Assembly: GCA_963781485.1 (NCBI GenBank)
Contig: CAWAFY010000004.1
Coordinates: 218,445-282,444 of the forward strand
Direction of reading: 5' to 3'
From: an uncultured Alphaproteobacteria bacterium
GTDB lineage: Bacteria > Pseudomonadota > Alphaproteobacteria > Sphingomonadales > Sphingomonadaceae
DNA length: 64,000 nucleotides
Positions 20,600 through 30,070 of this stretch are shown one piece after another (position 1 is the first letter of the stretch; the number at the start of each line of letters is the position of its first letter). The position numbers were made by a program, and so were the translations under genes. The notes under the pieces were generated by a model, which was given only the letters and a program-made list of their open reading frames with translations, was not told the DNA's origin and searched no databases.

Positions 20600-21000
20600 G
20601 GATATTGCTTGCCCTGTTAGTGGCAATGCTTGCGCTGCCGCTCGCCGCCCAGGATGCGATGCCGCCTGCGCCTTATGCTTACAAGCAGCTCGACGACCCG
20701 GCGCTTGAGGCACGGGCCCAGGGGCTGATGGAGACGCTGCGCTGCCTCAAGTGCCAGAGCCAGTCGATCGCCGACAGCGACGCGCCGATGGCGGGCGACA
20801 TGCGTCATCAGGTGCGCGCTCGTATCGCTGCGGGTGAGGATCCAGAGCACATCCGCGAGTGGATGATGGAGCGATATGGTGATTACGTCAGCTACGCCCC
20901 CGTCGTCAGCCGGACCACTTGGCCGCTCTTCGCCGGGCCGCTGGTGCTGCTCGCGATAGCGATCCTGCTTCTTTGGCGACGGTTCAGGAGGTCGTTATGA
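20596..21000 (+). CDS. ccmH: cytochrome c-type biogenesis protein CcmH
   Basis: Signal peptide and LRCLKCQSQSIADSDAPMA (CxxC) motif. GTGA overlap with ccmG. Confidence 0.9.
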   Translation: MRILLALLVAMLALPLAAQDAMPPAPYAYKQLDDPALEARAQGLMETLRCLKCQSQSIADSDAPMAGDMRHQVRARIAAGEDPEHIREWMMERYGDYVSYAPVVSRTTWPLFAGPLVLLAIAILLLWRRFRRSL

Positions 21001-21626
21001 ACTTCCTGCCGATAATTCTCCTGGCCGCAGTCGCGTTCGTGATCGCCGTGGTAGCGCTGCGCCTGCCGCGGACCTCGTGGGCGCTGTTGGGCGCTGCATT
21101 GCTGTTCGGGCTCACCGGCTACGCTCTGCAGGGATCGCCGGGCCAAGCCGGTTCGCCCAAAGTCGCGGTCAACGACCTCGGCGGCGAAGGCGCCGAACTC
21201 GTCGAGGCGCGCCGCGCGATTTATGGTCCCGGTCCTCCGAGCCGTTTCGTCGTCGTATCCGACGGTTTTGCCCGGCGTGGGCAGTTCGCCGACGCAGCGG
21301 GGATTCTCCGCGCCTCGCTAGACGCACACCCGGACGATCCCGAGGCTTGGCTGGCGCTCGCAAACGCGCTGACCGAGCACGCGGGAGGGCAGCTCACCCC
21401 CGCGGCGGTATTTGCCTACGAGCAGGCCGAGCGCGCCGACCCTGGACAGCCAGGCCCCGGTTTCTTCCTGGGCGTGGCGCTCATCCGCAGCGGGCGGCTG
21501 GTTCAGGCCCGCGCCTTGTGGGCCGAAATGCTCGACAAGGCACCGGTCGACGCCACCTGGCGAGACGGTCTCAAGGAACGGCTGGACCGGCTCGACGTTC
21601 TCATCGCGCAGACCGGCAACCAGTAG
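20997..21626 (+). CDS. ccmI: CcmI/CycH-like TPR protein
   Basis: Two N-terminal TM helices then a TPR-like region. ATGA overlap with ccmH. Last gene of the ccm operon. Confidence 0.6.
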   Translation: MNFLPIILLAAVAFVIAVVALRLPRTSWALLGAALLFGLTGYALQGSPGQAGSPKVAVNDLGGEGAELVEARRAIYGPGPPSRFVVVSDGFARRGQFADAAGILRASLDAHPDDPEAWLALANALTEHAGGQLTPAAVFAYEQAERADPGQPGPGFFLGVALIRSGRLVQARALWAEMLDKAPVDATWRDGLKERLDRLDVLIAQTGNQ

Positions 21627-21689
21627 GGGGCACGATGCGCGCGATTGCGGGGCAGAAGTCGCGGTGCTAAGCGCCGCCGCCTTCATGGC

Positions 21690-23615
21690 ATGGATATCTC
21701 CACGATGAGCCAGGCGGCCGCTCGCGTCGCAGGCGCAGAAAAGACCGCCAGCGCCAAGGCAAAGCTTGCCGTTGGTGCGATCGGCATCGTCTTCGGCGAT
21801 ATCGGCACCAGTCCGATCTACGCGTTCCGTGAGACGTTCGTCGGCCACCACCCGCTGACGCTGGACACGCTGCACCTGATGGGCGTGGTCAGCCTTATCT
21901 TCTGGGCGATGACGATTATCGTATCGCTCCAGTACGTCACCATCCTGATGCGTGCGGACAACAAGGGGCAGGGCGGCACGCTCGCGCTGGTCGCACTGAT
22001 CTCGCAGAAGATCGGCGGGACCAATCGCGGATGGATCGCGGTGATGCTCGGCGTGTTTGCAACCTCGCTGTTCTATGGCGACAGCATGATCACTCCGGCG
22101 GTCTCGGTGCTTTCCGCCGTCGAAGGCCTGACTACGGTCGAGAAAGGGCTGGGGCCGTTCGTTATTCCCATCGCTCTGACCCTGTTGATCGCGCTGTTCC
22201 TGCTCCAAAAGCGCGGGACGGGGACCATCGGCAAGCTCTTCGCTCCGATCATGGTGGTCTATTTCATCACCATCGCGGGCCTTGGTCTGATGCACATTTT
22301 CCAGAACCCTGGCGTGCTTGCGGCGCTCAACCCGTGGTACGCGGTGCAGTTCTTCATGACCGACAAACTGCTCGGATTTCTCGCGCTGGGCTCAGTCGTG
22401 CTGGCGGTAACGGGGGCGGAGGCGCTCTACACGGACATGGGTCATTTCGGCCGCGGCCCGCTGCGGTTGAGCTGGTTCGGCTTCGTGATGCCGTGCCTGC
22501 TGCTGAATTACTTCGGCCAGGCGGCGATGATCCTGAATCTCGAAGCGGCCGCTGCGGCCGAGGCGATTCAGAACCCGTTCTTCGTGATGGCGAGCGAGAG
22601 CTTCCGCCTTCCGCTCGTGCTGCTGGCCACATGCGCCACCTTCATTGCCAGTCAGGCGGTGATTTCGGGCGCGTTCTCGGTCACTCAGCAGGCGATCCAG
22701 CTCGGCTTCGTGCCGCGCCTTTCGATCCTTCACACCAGCGAGACCGAGCACGGCCAGGTCTATATTCCATTCGTCAACTGGGTGCTGATGATCGCGGTCA
22801 TCATCCTGGTGCTGACGTTCCGCAATTCGTCGAACCTGGCCAGCGCCTACGGTATCGCGGTGACCGGCGCGATGCTGATCGATACCTGCCTTATGGCCGT
22901 GCTGTTCGTCGCCGTCTGGCGCTGGAAGCTGTGGATGGCTCTGCCGGTTGCGGGGGTGTTCTTCCTCGTCGACGGGTCATTCTTCGGAGCGAACATCCCC
23001 AAGGTGCCCGTCGGCGGCTGGTTCCCCCTGCTGATCGGCGCCTTCGCCTTCACCTTGCTCACTACATGGGCGCGCGGACGAAAGCTCATGCGCGACCGGA
23101 TGAGCGAGGTTGCGCTTCCCATCGCTATCTTCGCCAAGAGTGCGCGCAACTCGGCGACACGGGTGCCCGGGACCGCGATCTTCATGGCCTCGACCAGTGG
23201 CGGGGTGCCGAGCGCGCTGCTGCACAACATCAAACACAACAAGGTTCTCCACGAGCGCGTCGTGATCCTCACCGTGCAGATCGCCGACGTGCCCTACGTC
23301 GATGCCGAGGAGCGGTTCGAGATCCACTCAGTTGGCGAGGGGCTTTATCGCGTGGTGCTGCATTTCGGCTTCATGGAGGAAACTGACGTGCCGGCCTCGC
23401 TTAAGGGCATGGGCGAATGCGGCGGAATGTTCGACATGATGCAGACCAGCTTCTTCCTCAGCCGTCAGACGCTGATTGCCAGCAAGCGGCCGTCGATGTC
23501 GGTCTGGCGGGAAAAGTTGTTCAGCTGGATGCTGCGCAATTCGGCGACGGCGATGGAATTCTTCCGTCTTCCGACCAATCGCGTGGTCGAACTCGGCAGT
23601 CAGGTTGAAATTTAG
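21690..23615 (+). CDS. kup: KUP family potassium transporter
   Basis: [17 protein letters not shown] and [10 protein letters not shown] motifs. About 641 aa. Start is ATG 21690, or 21705. Confidence 0.92.
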   Translation: MDISTMSQAAARVAGAEKTASAKAKLAVGAIGIVFGDIGTSPIYAFRETFVGHHPLTLDTLHLMGVVSLIFWAMTIIVSLQYVTILMRADNKGQGGTLALVALISQKIGGTNRGWIAVMLGVFATSLFYGDSMITPAVSVLSAVEGLTTVEKGLGPFVIPIALTLLIALFLLQKRGTGTIGKLFAPIMVVYFITIAGLGLMHIFQNPGVLAALNPWYAVQFFMTDKLLGFLALGSVVLAVTGAEALYTDMGHFGRGPLRLSWFGFVMPCLLLNYFGQAAMILNLEAAAAAEAIQNPFFVMASESFRLPLVLLATCATFIASQAVISGAFSVTQQAIQLGFVPRLSILHTSETEHGQVYIPFVNWVLMIAVIILVLTFRNSSNLASAYGIAVTGAMLIDTCLMAVLFVAVWRWKLWMALPVAGVFFLVDGSFFGANIPKVPVGGWFPLLIGAFAFTLLTTWARGRKLMRDRMSEVALPIAIFAKSARNSATRVPGTAIFMASTSGGVPSALLHNIKHNKVLHERVVILTVQIADVPYVDAEERFEIHSVGEGLYRVVLHFGFMEETDVPASLKGMGECGGMFDMMQTSFFLSRQTLIASKRPSMSVWREKLFSWMLRNSATAMEFFRLPTNRVVELGSQVEI

Positions 23616-23672
23616 GTCGCCGTCCGTCTTGATGGGTGAACAGTTCAGGCGCTGCGACGCTAACCCTGTCAG

Positions 23673-24314
23673 TCACCCCGTCGGAGGCGGCGTCTTTTCC
23701 TCTTCCTCGACACCTTCATTGGCCAACCCGTGGCGCATCAGCATCGGGATTTGGGTGAAGGTGAACAGGAAGCTCAAGGGCATGAACACCCAGATCTTGG
23801 CCCACAGCCAGCTTTCGAAGCTCAGCGCATAAACCAGCGCCTCATTGAGCGCGGCGAGAACGAAGAAGAATACGCCCCAGTTGCGCGACAGTTTGAGCCA
23901 ACCGGCTTCGTCGAGTCCTTCAAACGCGGCCTTCAGCAGAACCTGCAGCATCGCCCGGCCACGCAAGTAGCCAACGAGCAGGATCGCGCCGAACGCGATA
24001 TAAAGGACGGTCGGCTTGGCCTGGATAACGCGTTCGTCGCCGGTCCAGACGGTGATTGCGCCAAAGACCACGATCAGCGCGGTGGACAGCCACAGCATCG
24101 GAGAAACCCGGCCGAACTTCCATTTGGAAAAGGCCAGCGCCGCAACGGCCGCGACCATGAACGCGCCGGTACTCTGCACCACTGCTGCGACCTGGCCGGC
24201 GATATCCTGACCTGCCGGCTTGGTGATCATGTAGGTTGCAAGAAAAACCAGCAGCGGACCGTAGTCGACCGCGACATTGAGCCAGCCTGAAGGTTTCTTC
24301 GGCGCGTCCGTCAT
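23673..24314 (-). CDS. yciB: inner membrane septation-associated protein YciB/IspZ family
   Basis: 213-aa polytopic protein with a YciB-like N-terminus (VAVDYGPLLVFLATY). Conserved position downstream of ftsY. Confidence 0.75.
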   Translation of the reverse strand: MTDAPKKPSGWLNVAVDYGPLLVFLATYMITKPAGQDIAGQVAAVVQSTGAFMVAAVAALAFSKWKFGRVSPMLWLSTALIVVFGAITVWTGDERVIQAKPTVLYIAFGAILLVGYLRGRAMLQVLLKAAFEGLDEAGWLKLSRNWGVFFFVLAALNEALVYALSFESWLWAKIWVFMPLSFLFTFTQIPMLMRHGLANEGVEEEEKTPPPTG

Positions 24315-25237
24315 CAGGCCACTCCCGCAATCACGCGCGCAACAAGGTCGGGATCGAACGGCCGCAGGTCATCAATCTTCTCGCCCACGCCGATTGCGTG
24401 GATGGGCAGGCCGAACTGCTCCGCCGCAGCGACCAGCACACCCCCCCGGGCAGTGCCATCGAGCTTTGTCATCACGAGTCCGGTCACCCCGGCGACCTCC
24501 TTGAAGATTTCGATCTGCGAAAGCGCGTTCTGGCCGTTGGTGGCATCGAGGACGAGGATTACATCGTGCGGCGCTTCGGGATTGAGGCGGCCGAGAACTT
24601 TGCGGATCTTTGCCAACTCGTCCATGAGCTCGCGCTTGTTCTGCAGCCTTCCCGCGGTGTCTACTACAAGCGCATCAATTCCGGTGGCGGTCGCTTCCTT
24701 GACCGCGTCGAATACGACCGAGGCCGGATCGCCGCCCTCGGGGCCCCTGACCAGCGGCACGCCCACCCGTTCGGCCCACGTCGCGAGCTGGCCGATGGCA
24801 GCGGCGCGAAAGGTATCTCCGGCAGCCAGCATGACGCCGTAATCGTCTTCCTGCAGCCAGTGGGCGAGCTTGGCGATCGTCGTGGTCTTGCCGCTGCCGT
24901 TGACACCGATCACCAGGATAACCTGCGGGCGCGGGAAGGCGGTGATCTCGAGCGGGATGGCCACAGGACGCAGGATCGCGGCGATCTCTTCCGCGACAGC
25001 TTCCTTCAGCTCGCGCTCGGAGACGTTGAGACCGAAGCGCTTCTCGGACAGTTTGTCGCGGATCCGGCGCGCGGCGGCGGGGCCGAGGTCGGATACGATA
25101 AGGGCATCCTCGACATCGTCGAGCGTCGCATCGTCGAGCTTTGCCGTCCCGACGACGCCGGTCAGGTTCTCGCTCAGTTTTTCGGAGGTCTTGCGGAATC
25201 CGCCAAACACGCGTTCCGCCCAGGTCGGTTCGCTCAT
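24314..25237 (-). CDS. ftsY: signal recognition particle receptor FtsY
   Basis: GVNGSGKTTTIAKLA P-loop, DTAGRLQNK and TKLDGTARGG SRP-GTPase motifs. Confidence 0.95.
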   Translation of the reverse strand: MSEPTWAERVFGGFRKTSEKLSENLTGVVGTAKLDDATLDDVEDALIVSDLGPAAARRIRDKLSEKRFGLNVSERELKEAVAEEIAAILRPVAIPLEITAFPRPQVILVIGVNGSGKTTTIAKLAHWLQEDDYGVMLAAGDTFRAAAIGQLATWAERVGVPLVRGPEGGDPASVVFDAVKEATATGIDALVVDTAGRLQNKRELMDELAKIRKVLGRLNPEAPHDVILVLDATNGQNALSQIEIFKEVAGVTGLVMTKLDGTARGGVLVAAAEQFGLPIHAIGVGEKIDDLRPFDPDLVARVIAGVA

Positions 25238-26406
25238 GCGAGCAGGCCTTCATCGATTGTGGTGGGAATGACAGTCACGATCTCGCCCGCGCGCGTGCCT
25301 GCAGGAACGCGGACCCGAGCGAAGTCGGGCGAGTGGCCGGTGCCATCGCGCTCGGCCAGGACATCGATAGGCCGGCCCAGGTGGGCGTCGAGCCAGTCCG
25401 TCCGGGTTGACGCGACCATGGCCCGCAACTCGGCAGCACGGGCGCGAATGGTTGCACGGGGCACTTGCGGCATTCGTGCGGCGGGAGTGCCGGGACGCGG
25501 CGAATAGGGGAACACGTGCCCGTGGACGATCCCGAGCTCGCGCACGATCGAAAGGTTCTGCGCGTGGTGCGCGTCGGTCTCGGTCGGGAAGCCCGCAATG
25601 AGATCTGCGCCAATCGCCATTTCGGGCCGGCGCGCGCGCAGTCGCGCGACCAGCGCGGACGCATCGGCGCGCGAATGGCGGCGCTTCATCCGCTTGAGGA
25701 TCAGGTCGTCGCCGTGCTGAAGCGACAGATGGACGTGCGGCATAACGCGCGCTTCGCCGACGATGAGTTCCTCGAGTTGGGGATCGATCTCGATCCCGTC
25801 GACCGACGACAGCCGCAGACGTGCGAGGCGCGGGAAGGCCGAGAGGATCGCCGCGACAAGCGCGCCCAGCCGCGGAGCGTCGGGCAGGTCGGTGCCCCAG
25901 CTCGTCAGGTCGACGCCGGTCAGCACGACTTCGGCCGCACCGCGGGCAAGGTCCGCTTCGACCGCGTGCAGCACTTCGGACACCGACAGCGAGCGGCTCG
26001 GCCCGCGGCCCTGGGGGATGACGCAGAACGTGCAGGCATGGTCGCATCCGTTCTGAACCGCGACGAATGCACGCGAATGAAGCGCTTCATTCGCCTGGAA
26101 CACCGGCGAAACGTTCCAGGCGCGCGGATCGAGCTTGGCGGCGTTGGCGACCAGCCCGTCGACTTCCGGCATCGCCGCAATCGCATCGCGTTCGATCTCG
26201 GCCGCACAGCCGGTGACGAGCAGCCGCGCCTCGGGCCGAGCGCGGCGCGCGCGGCGGATCGCCTGGCGGGTCTGGCGCACGGCTTCGGCAGTAACCGCGC
26301 ACGAATTGACGACGACCGTGTCGCGCTCGTCGGCAAGCAGCGCCCGGATACGCTCGCTCTCGGCAAGGTTCATCCGGCAGCCCAGCGACACCACTTCGAT
26401 CGTCAT
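25234..26406 (-). CDS. mtaB: radical SAM methylthiotransferase, MtaB/MiaB-like
   Basis: N-terminal UPF0004 cysteines (SLGCRMN...NSCAVT) and the radical SAM CDHACTFC motif. Confidence 0.85.
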   Translation of the reverse strand: MTIEVVSLGCRMNLAESERIRALLADERDTVVVNSCAVTAEAVRQTRQAIRRARRARPEARLLVTGCAAEIERDAIAAMPEVDGLVANAAKLDPRAWNVSPVFQANEALHSRAFVAVQNGCDHACTFCVIPQGRGPSRSLSVSEVLHAVEADLARGAAEVVLTGVDLTSWGTDLPDAPRLGALVAAILSAFPRLARLRLSSVDGIEIDPQLEELIVGEARVMPHVHLSLQHGDDLILKRMKRRHSRADASALVARLRARRPEMAIGADLIAGFPTETDAHHAQNLSIVRELGIVHGHVFPYSPRPGTPAARMPQVPRATIRARAAELRAMVASTRTDWLDAHLGRPIDVLAERDGTGHSPDFARVRVPAGTRAGEIVTVIPTTIDEGLLA

Positions 26407-26416
26407 CGGCCGGTTC

Positions 26417-27229
26417 TCAAGCGAAATCGCCCCAGTCGAAGCTGCCGCGAAACGATTCGGCGGCGGGACCGGTCATGAGCACCTTGCCCTCGACGCTCCA
26501 CTCGATCTCGAGCGGGCCGCCGGGCAGGTGAACCGTCGCGGCGCGCCCTTCGATCAGCCCCCGCCGGATCGCCGCTACGGTGGTCGCGCACGCGCCGGTG
26601 CCGCAGGCACGGGTAAGCCCCGCACCGCGTTCCCAGACCCGGAGATCGATCGAGGCCGGACCGGTGATCTGCGCGACGTTGACGTTGACCCGCTCGGGAA
26701 ACAACGGATCGCGCTCGATCTCCGGGCCCAGCCGTTCGAGCGGCACGCCCTGAACGTCGGGCACGAAGAACACGACGTGCGGATTGCCGACATTGACCGC
26801 GGCGGGCGCTTCGAGACCGTCCCAGCCGACCGGCATCGTGAGCGTGTCCATCGCATAGGCCAGCGGCAATTCGTCCCATTCGAAACGCGGCGCGCCCATG
26901 TCGATCCGCGCGCCCTGGCCGGTCGGCTCGACCGCAATGGTCCCGCCAGCCGTCTCGACCAGAGCGGCGCGCTCATGCAGCAGGGCGACCGCCCGGCTGG
27001 CATTGCCGCAGGCTTCGGCCTCGCTTCCGTCCGGGTTGAATATCCGCATGCGAAAATCGGCGGCTTCGGCGGGCTCGAGCAGGATCAGTTGGTCGCAGCC
27101 GATCCCGGTGCGCCGGTCGGCGAGCGCCGCCACGGTCGCCGGCCCGATCGGCGGCAACTTTTCGGCCCGCGCGTCGAGCACGACGAAGTCGTTGCCGAGG
27201 CCGTGCATCTTGATGAAGTGTACCCGCAT
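26417..27229 (-). CDS. dapF: diaminopimelate epimerase
   Basis: MRVHFIKMHGLGNDFVVLD and the two catalytic Cys contexts (SEAEACGNA, TRACGTGA). Confidence 0.93.
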   Translation of the reverse strand: MRVHFIKMHGLGNDFVVLDARAEKLPPIGPATVAALADRRTGIGCDQLILLEPAEAADFRMRIFNPDGSEAEACGNASRAVALLHERAALVETAGGTIAVEPTGQGARIDMGAPRFEWDELPLAYAMDTLTMPVGWDGLEAPAAVNVGNPHVVFFVPDVQGVPLERLGPEIERDPLFPERVNVNVAQITGPASIDLRVWERGAGLTRACGTGACATTVAAIRRGLIEGRAATVHLPGGPLEIEWSVEGKVLMTGPAAESFRGSFDWGDFA

Positions 27230-27281
27230 CGCGGGTGGGCTCTATGCGGGGGCGGGCGCTGCGTCCAGTGGCGCGCGCGGG

Positions 27282-28950
27282 TCAGCCGATCTTGCGCTGT
27301 CCCGCGTCGGCGTGCGGCTTGACCGGTTCGCTGGCGCTCTCTTCGTCCGGTTTGGCGGTCAGGCCGAGGCGCGCGCGGACGGCTTCGATATTCTCGGGGT
27401 GGCCATAGTAGTATCCTTGGCCCTTCAATCGTCCCATCGACCGCAGCTTCTCGAGGATTTGCGGGTCCTCGATGCCTTCGGCGGTTATCGGCAGTTCGAG
27501 GCCATCGCCGAGCGAGATGATTGCCCGGACAAGCTTGTCGCTGTGCTCTTCGGTCGTGAGTTCGGATACGAAGCTGCGATCGATCTTGAGCCGGTCGAAA
27601 GGCAGCGTGCGCAGTTGCGCAAGGCTGGAAAACCCGGTGCCGAAATCATCGAGGCTGATCGTCACGCCCTGGTTCTTCAGGCTCGTGATGATCGAGCGGA
27701 CTACGCCGATGTTCTCGTGCAGGCAGCTCTCGGTAATTTCGATGTCGAGCCGGCTGGGCGGGAAATTGTGCTTTACCAGCAGCTTCAGGATTTTCTGAGC
27801 GAACCACGGGTCGCGCAGCTGGATCGGCGAGATATTGACCGACAGCGAAAGCTTGGGATCCCATTCGCGCGCATGGGCAAGAGCCTGATCGATCAAGCGT
27901 TCGCTCAGTTCGGCAATCACGCCGATTTCCTCGGCGACCGGAATGAACACCTCCGGCCCGATCAGGCCGAGGGTCGGCGACTGCCAGCGGGCGAGCATTT
28001 CGAATCCCACGATCTCGTCGGTCTCGAGATCGATCTGCTGCTCGTAATAGGGCACGAACTCGCCGTTGCGGGATGCCGCGGCGAATGCCGGCTTCCAGTT
28101 CGCTGCGAAAACGCAGCGCGCGTTCCATCGGCGGCTCGAACCAGAAGTAGCGGTTCTTGCCCTGCTTCTTGGCGTGGTACATCGCGATGTCGGCACGGTG
28201 CATCAGCGTGTGGACATCGTTTGTCGTGCTCCGCACGCCGCCGAATTCCAGGTTGCCGGTGATGCCGGCCGAAACGGTAATCTCCAGCGTGATCCCGGCG
28301 TACTCGATCGGATCTCCGACCCGCTCGATCAAGGTGCACGCCAGCTGATCTATCCGGTCGGGAAAACGTGGATCGTAAGGGACCACGCACGCGAATTCAT
28401 CGCCGCCAAGGCGCGCGAGCAGCGAATCGCGCGGCAGGATCGCGCGGATGCGATCGGCGGTGGTGCACAAAAGCGCATCGCCGGCCTGATGGCCGTTGAG
28501 GTCGTTGATCGACTTGAAGTTGTCGAGATCGACCATGACGAAGGCTACCGCCCGGCCGTCCCGACCCGCCGAGGCCAGAAGGGCGGCGGTTTCCGTGCCG
28601 ATGCTGCGCCGGTTGAGAGCCCCGGTCAGCGGATCGGTTTCGGCGAGCTGGCGCGCGAGTTCTTCCGCCTTGCGACGTTCGGATATCTCCCGCGTAAGCT
28701 CGGCATGGCGGCGCCAGCCGAAAATCACGAGCGCGATGTTGAGCAACAAGGTCGTAACCAGAAGCGGGTCGGGCGCGGCGCCGATGCCCATCCAGGATCG
28801 CACGACCTGCGGCAGGATCATTCCGCCGGTGCCGACGAAGAGCAGGATCGCCGCAACGGCGATGCCCAATGCAACCACGTCGCGTTCGGCGCGCCCGATG
28901 GCTGGGTCACCGGCGATGTAAACGTTATGATTCACGTCGCCGCTTGGCAC
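27282..28950 (-). pseudogene. membrane GGDEF-EAL (diguanylate cyclase/phosphodiesterase) protein interrupted by a 1-nt insertion near 28070-28072
   Basis: TM plus GGDEF half (RLGGDEFACV) lies in the frame of ORF 27646..28950 up to ELEAGIRRGI. The EAL half (GEFVPYYEQQ...EMLARW...EITES...DDFGTG) lies in the frame of ORF 27282..28196. Total length is 1669 nt, i.e. 1 mod 3. Confidence 0.85.
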
Positions 28951-29039
28951 TCTGCCCCCCGCTGGTTGCGCAGGGACCGCTATCGCCTATGAGCCTGAAA
29001 ATTGGGTTAAAGCGAGGATGCGTAGCCTTGCATCAAACA

Positions 29040-29462
29040 ATGGAGCGAAACGTGCCGCGATACTGGCTGATGAAATCCGAACCCGACGCCTACAGTTGGG
29101 ACGATCTCGTCGCGCAGAAAGAGGGGACGTGGGATGGCGTGCGCAATTACCGGGCGCGCAACAACCTGGCGGCCATGGAAGTCGGCGACCGGGCGTTTTT
29201 CTATCACTCGAACATCGGCAAGGAGATCGTCGGGATCGTCGAGATCAGCGTTGCTGGTCTGGCCGATCCGACCGACGACACGGGCAAGTGGGCAGCGGTA
29301 AAGGTGCGCCCGGTCGAAAAACTTGCGCGCCCGGTTACCTTGGCGGAGATCAAAGCCGAACCAACGCTTCAGGACAGCGAACTGATCCGCCAATCACGCC
29401 TTTCGGTGGCAGAATTGCGACCGGCGGAGTGGGCGAAAATTCTCGATCTTGCAAATACATAA
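29040..29462 (+). CDS. EVE (PUA-like) domain protein
   Basis: RYWLMKSEPDAYSWDDL...WDGVRNYRARNNLAAMEVGDRAFFYHSN is the characteristic EVE N-terminus. Start is ATG 29040 or GTG 29052. Confidence 0.85.
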   Translation: MERNVPRYWLMKSEPDAYSWDDLVAQKEGTWDGVRNYRARNNLAAMEVGDRAFFYHSNIGKEIVGIVEISVAGLADPTDDTGKWAAVKVRPVEKLARPVTLAEIKAEPTLQDSELIRQSRLSVAELRPAEWAKILDLANT

Positions 29463-29464
29463 CC

Positions 29465-29489
29465 GGAACGACGGGGTGTTTGAGCCGTT
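29465..29489 (+). promoter_or_regulatory. EcfG-type (alphaproteobacterial general stress sigma factor) promoter, GGAAC-N16-CGTT
   Basis: GGAAC at 29465-29469, a 16-nt spacer, then CGTT at 29486-29489. It lies 55 nt upstream of the csbD ATG. AAGGAG RBS at 29531-29536. Confidence 0.65.
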
Positions 29490-29544
29490 GGTATGGTGAA
29501 GCAGGCGGCAACCGCGCCGCCGCCCCCGATCAAGGAGACTCATC

Positions 29545-29727
29545 ATGGGTGAACTCAAGGACAAGGCAAAGGGCGTCGGCAACGAAATCGCCGGCAACGC
29601 CAAGCAGATGACGGCTGAAGCCACCGACGATCAGTCGCTGGATAAGGACGGCAAGGCGCAGGAGCGCAAGGGCGAGGCCCAGAACCTCTCCGGCGAAGTC
29701 AAGGGTGCCTTCGGCAACAAGGTCTGA
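29545..29727 (+). CDS. CsbD family general stress protein
   Basis: 60 aa. MGELKDKAKGVGNEIAGNAK...GKAQERKGEAQNLSGEVKGAFG is typical CsbD. Confidence 0.9.
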   Translation: MGELKDKAKGVGNEIAGNAKQMTAEATDDQSLDKDGKAQERKGEAQNLSGEVKGAFGNKV

Positions 29728-29749
29728 TTTCCCTGCCAAGAGATCGAAA

Positions 29750-29776
29750 GGGCCGTCCGTGAGGGCGGCCCTTTTT
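29750..29776 (+). terminator. rho-independent terminator after csbD
   Basis: GGGCCGTCC-gtga-GGGCGGCCC stem followed by TTTTT. Confidence 0.8.
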
Positions 29777-30070
29777 CGCGTCTTCCGTTCGATCTCCGTC
29801 AATGAACGGAGTTAATGTCCCGCCCCGCGACACCTCGGAATTCCGGGGAGCATAATGGTTTCCAACCCGTTAACCCGGCATCATGCGACGCTCTCTGGTA
29901 TTGACCGATGAACAGGCCCGGCACCCATTCCGGGCGACGCTCCCTCCACACGTTTGTCGGGGAGGGCGCATCGAGCCCCTCCGTCGATCATGGGCGATCG
30001 ATCGCGACGACGTGTACGGTTTCGTCGGAGCCTATTTCGCGTGTCTTACGGCGGTCGCGATCTTCATCGT

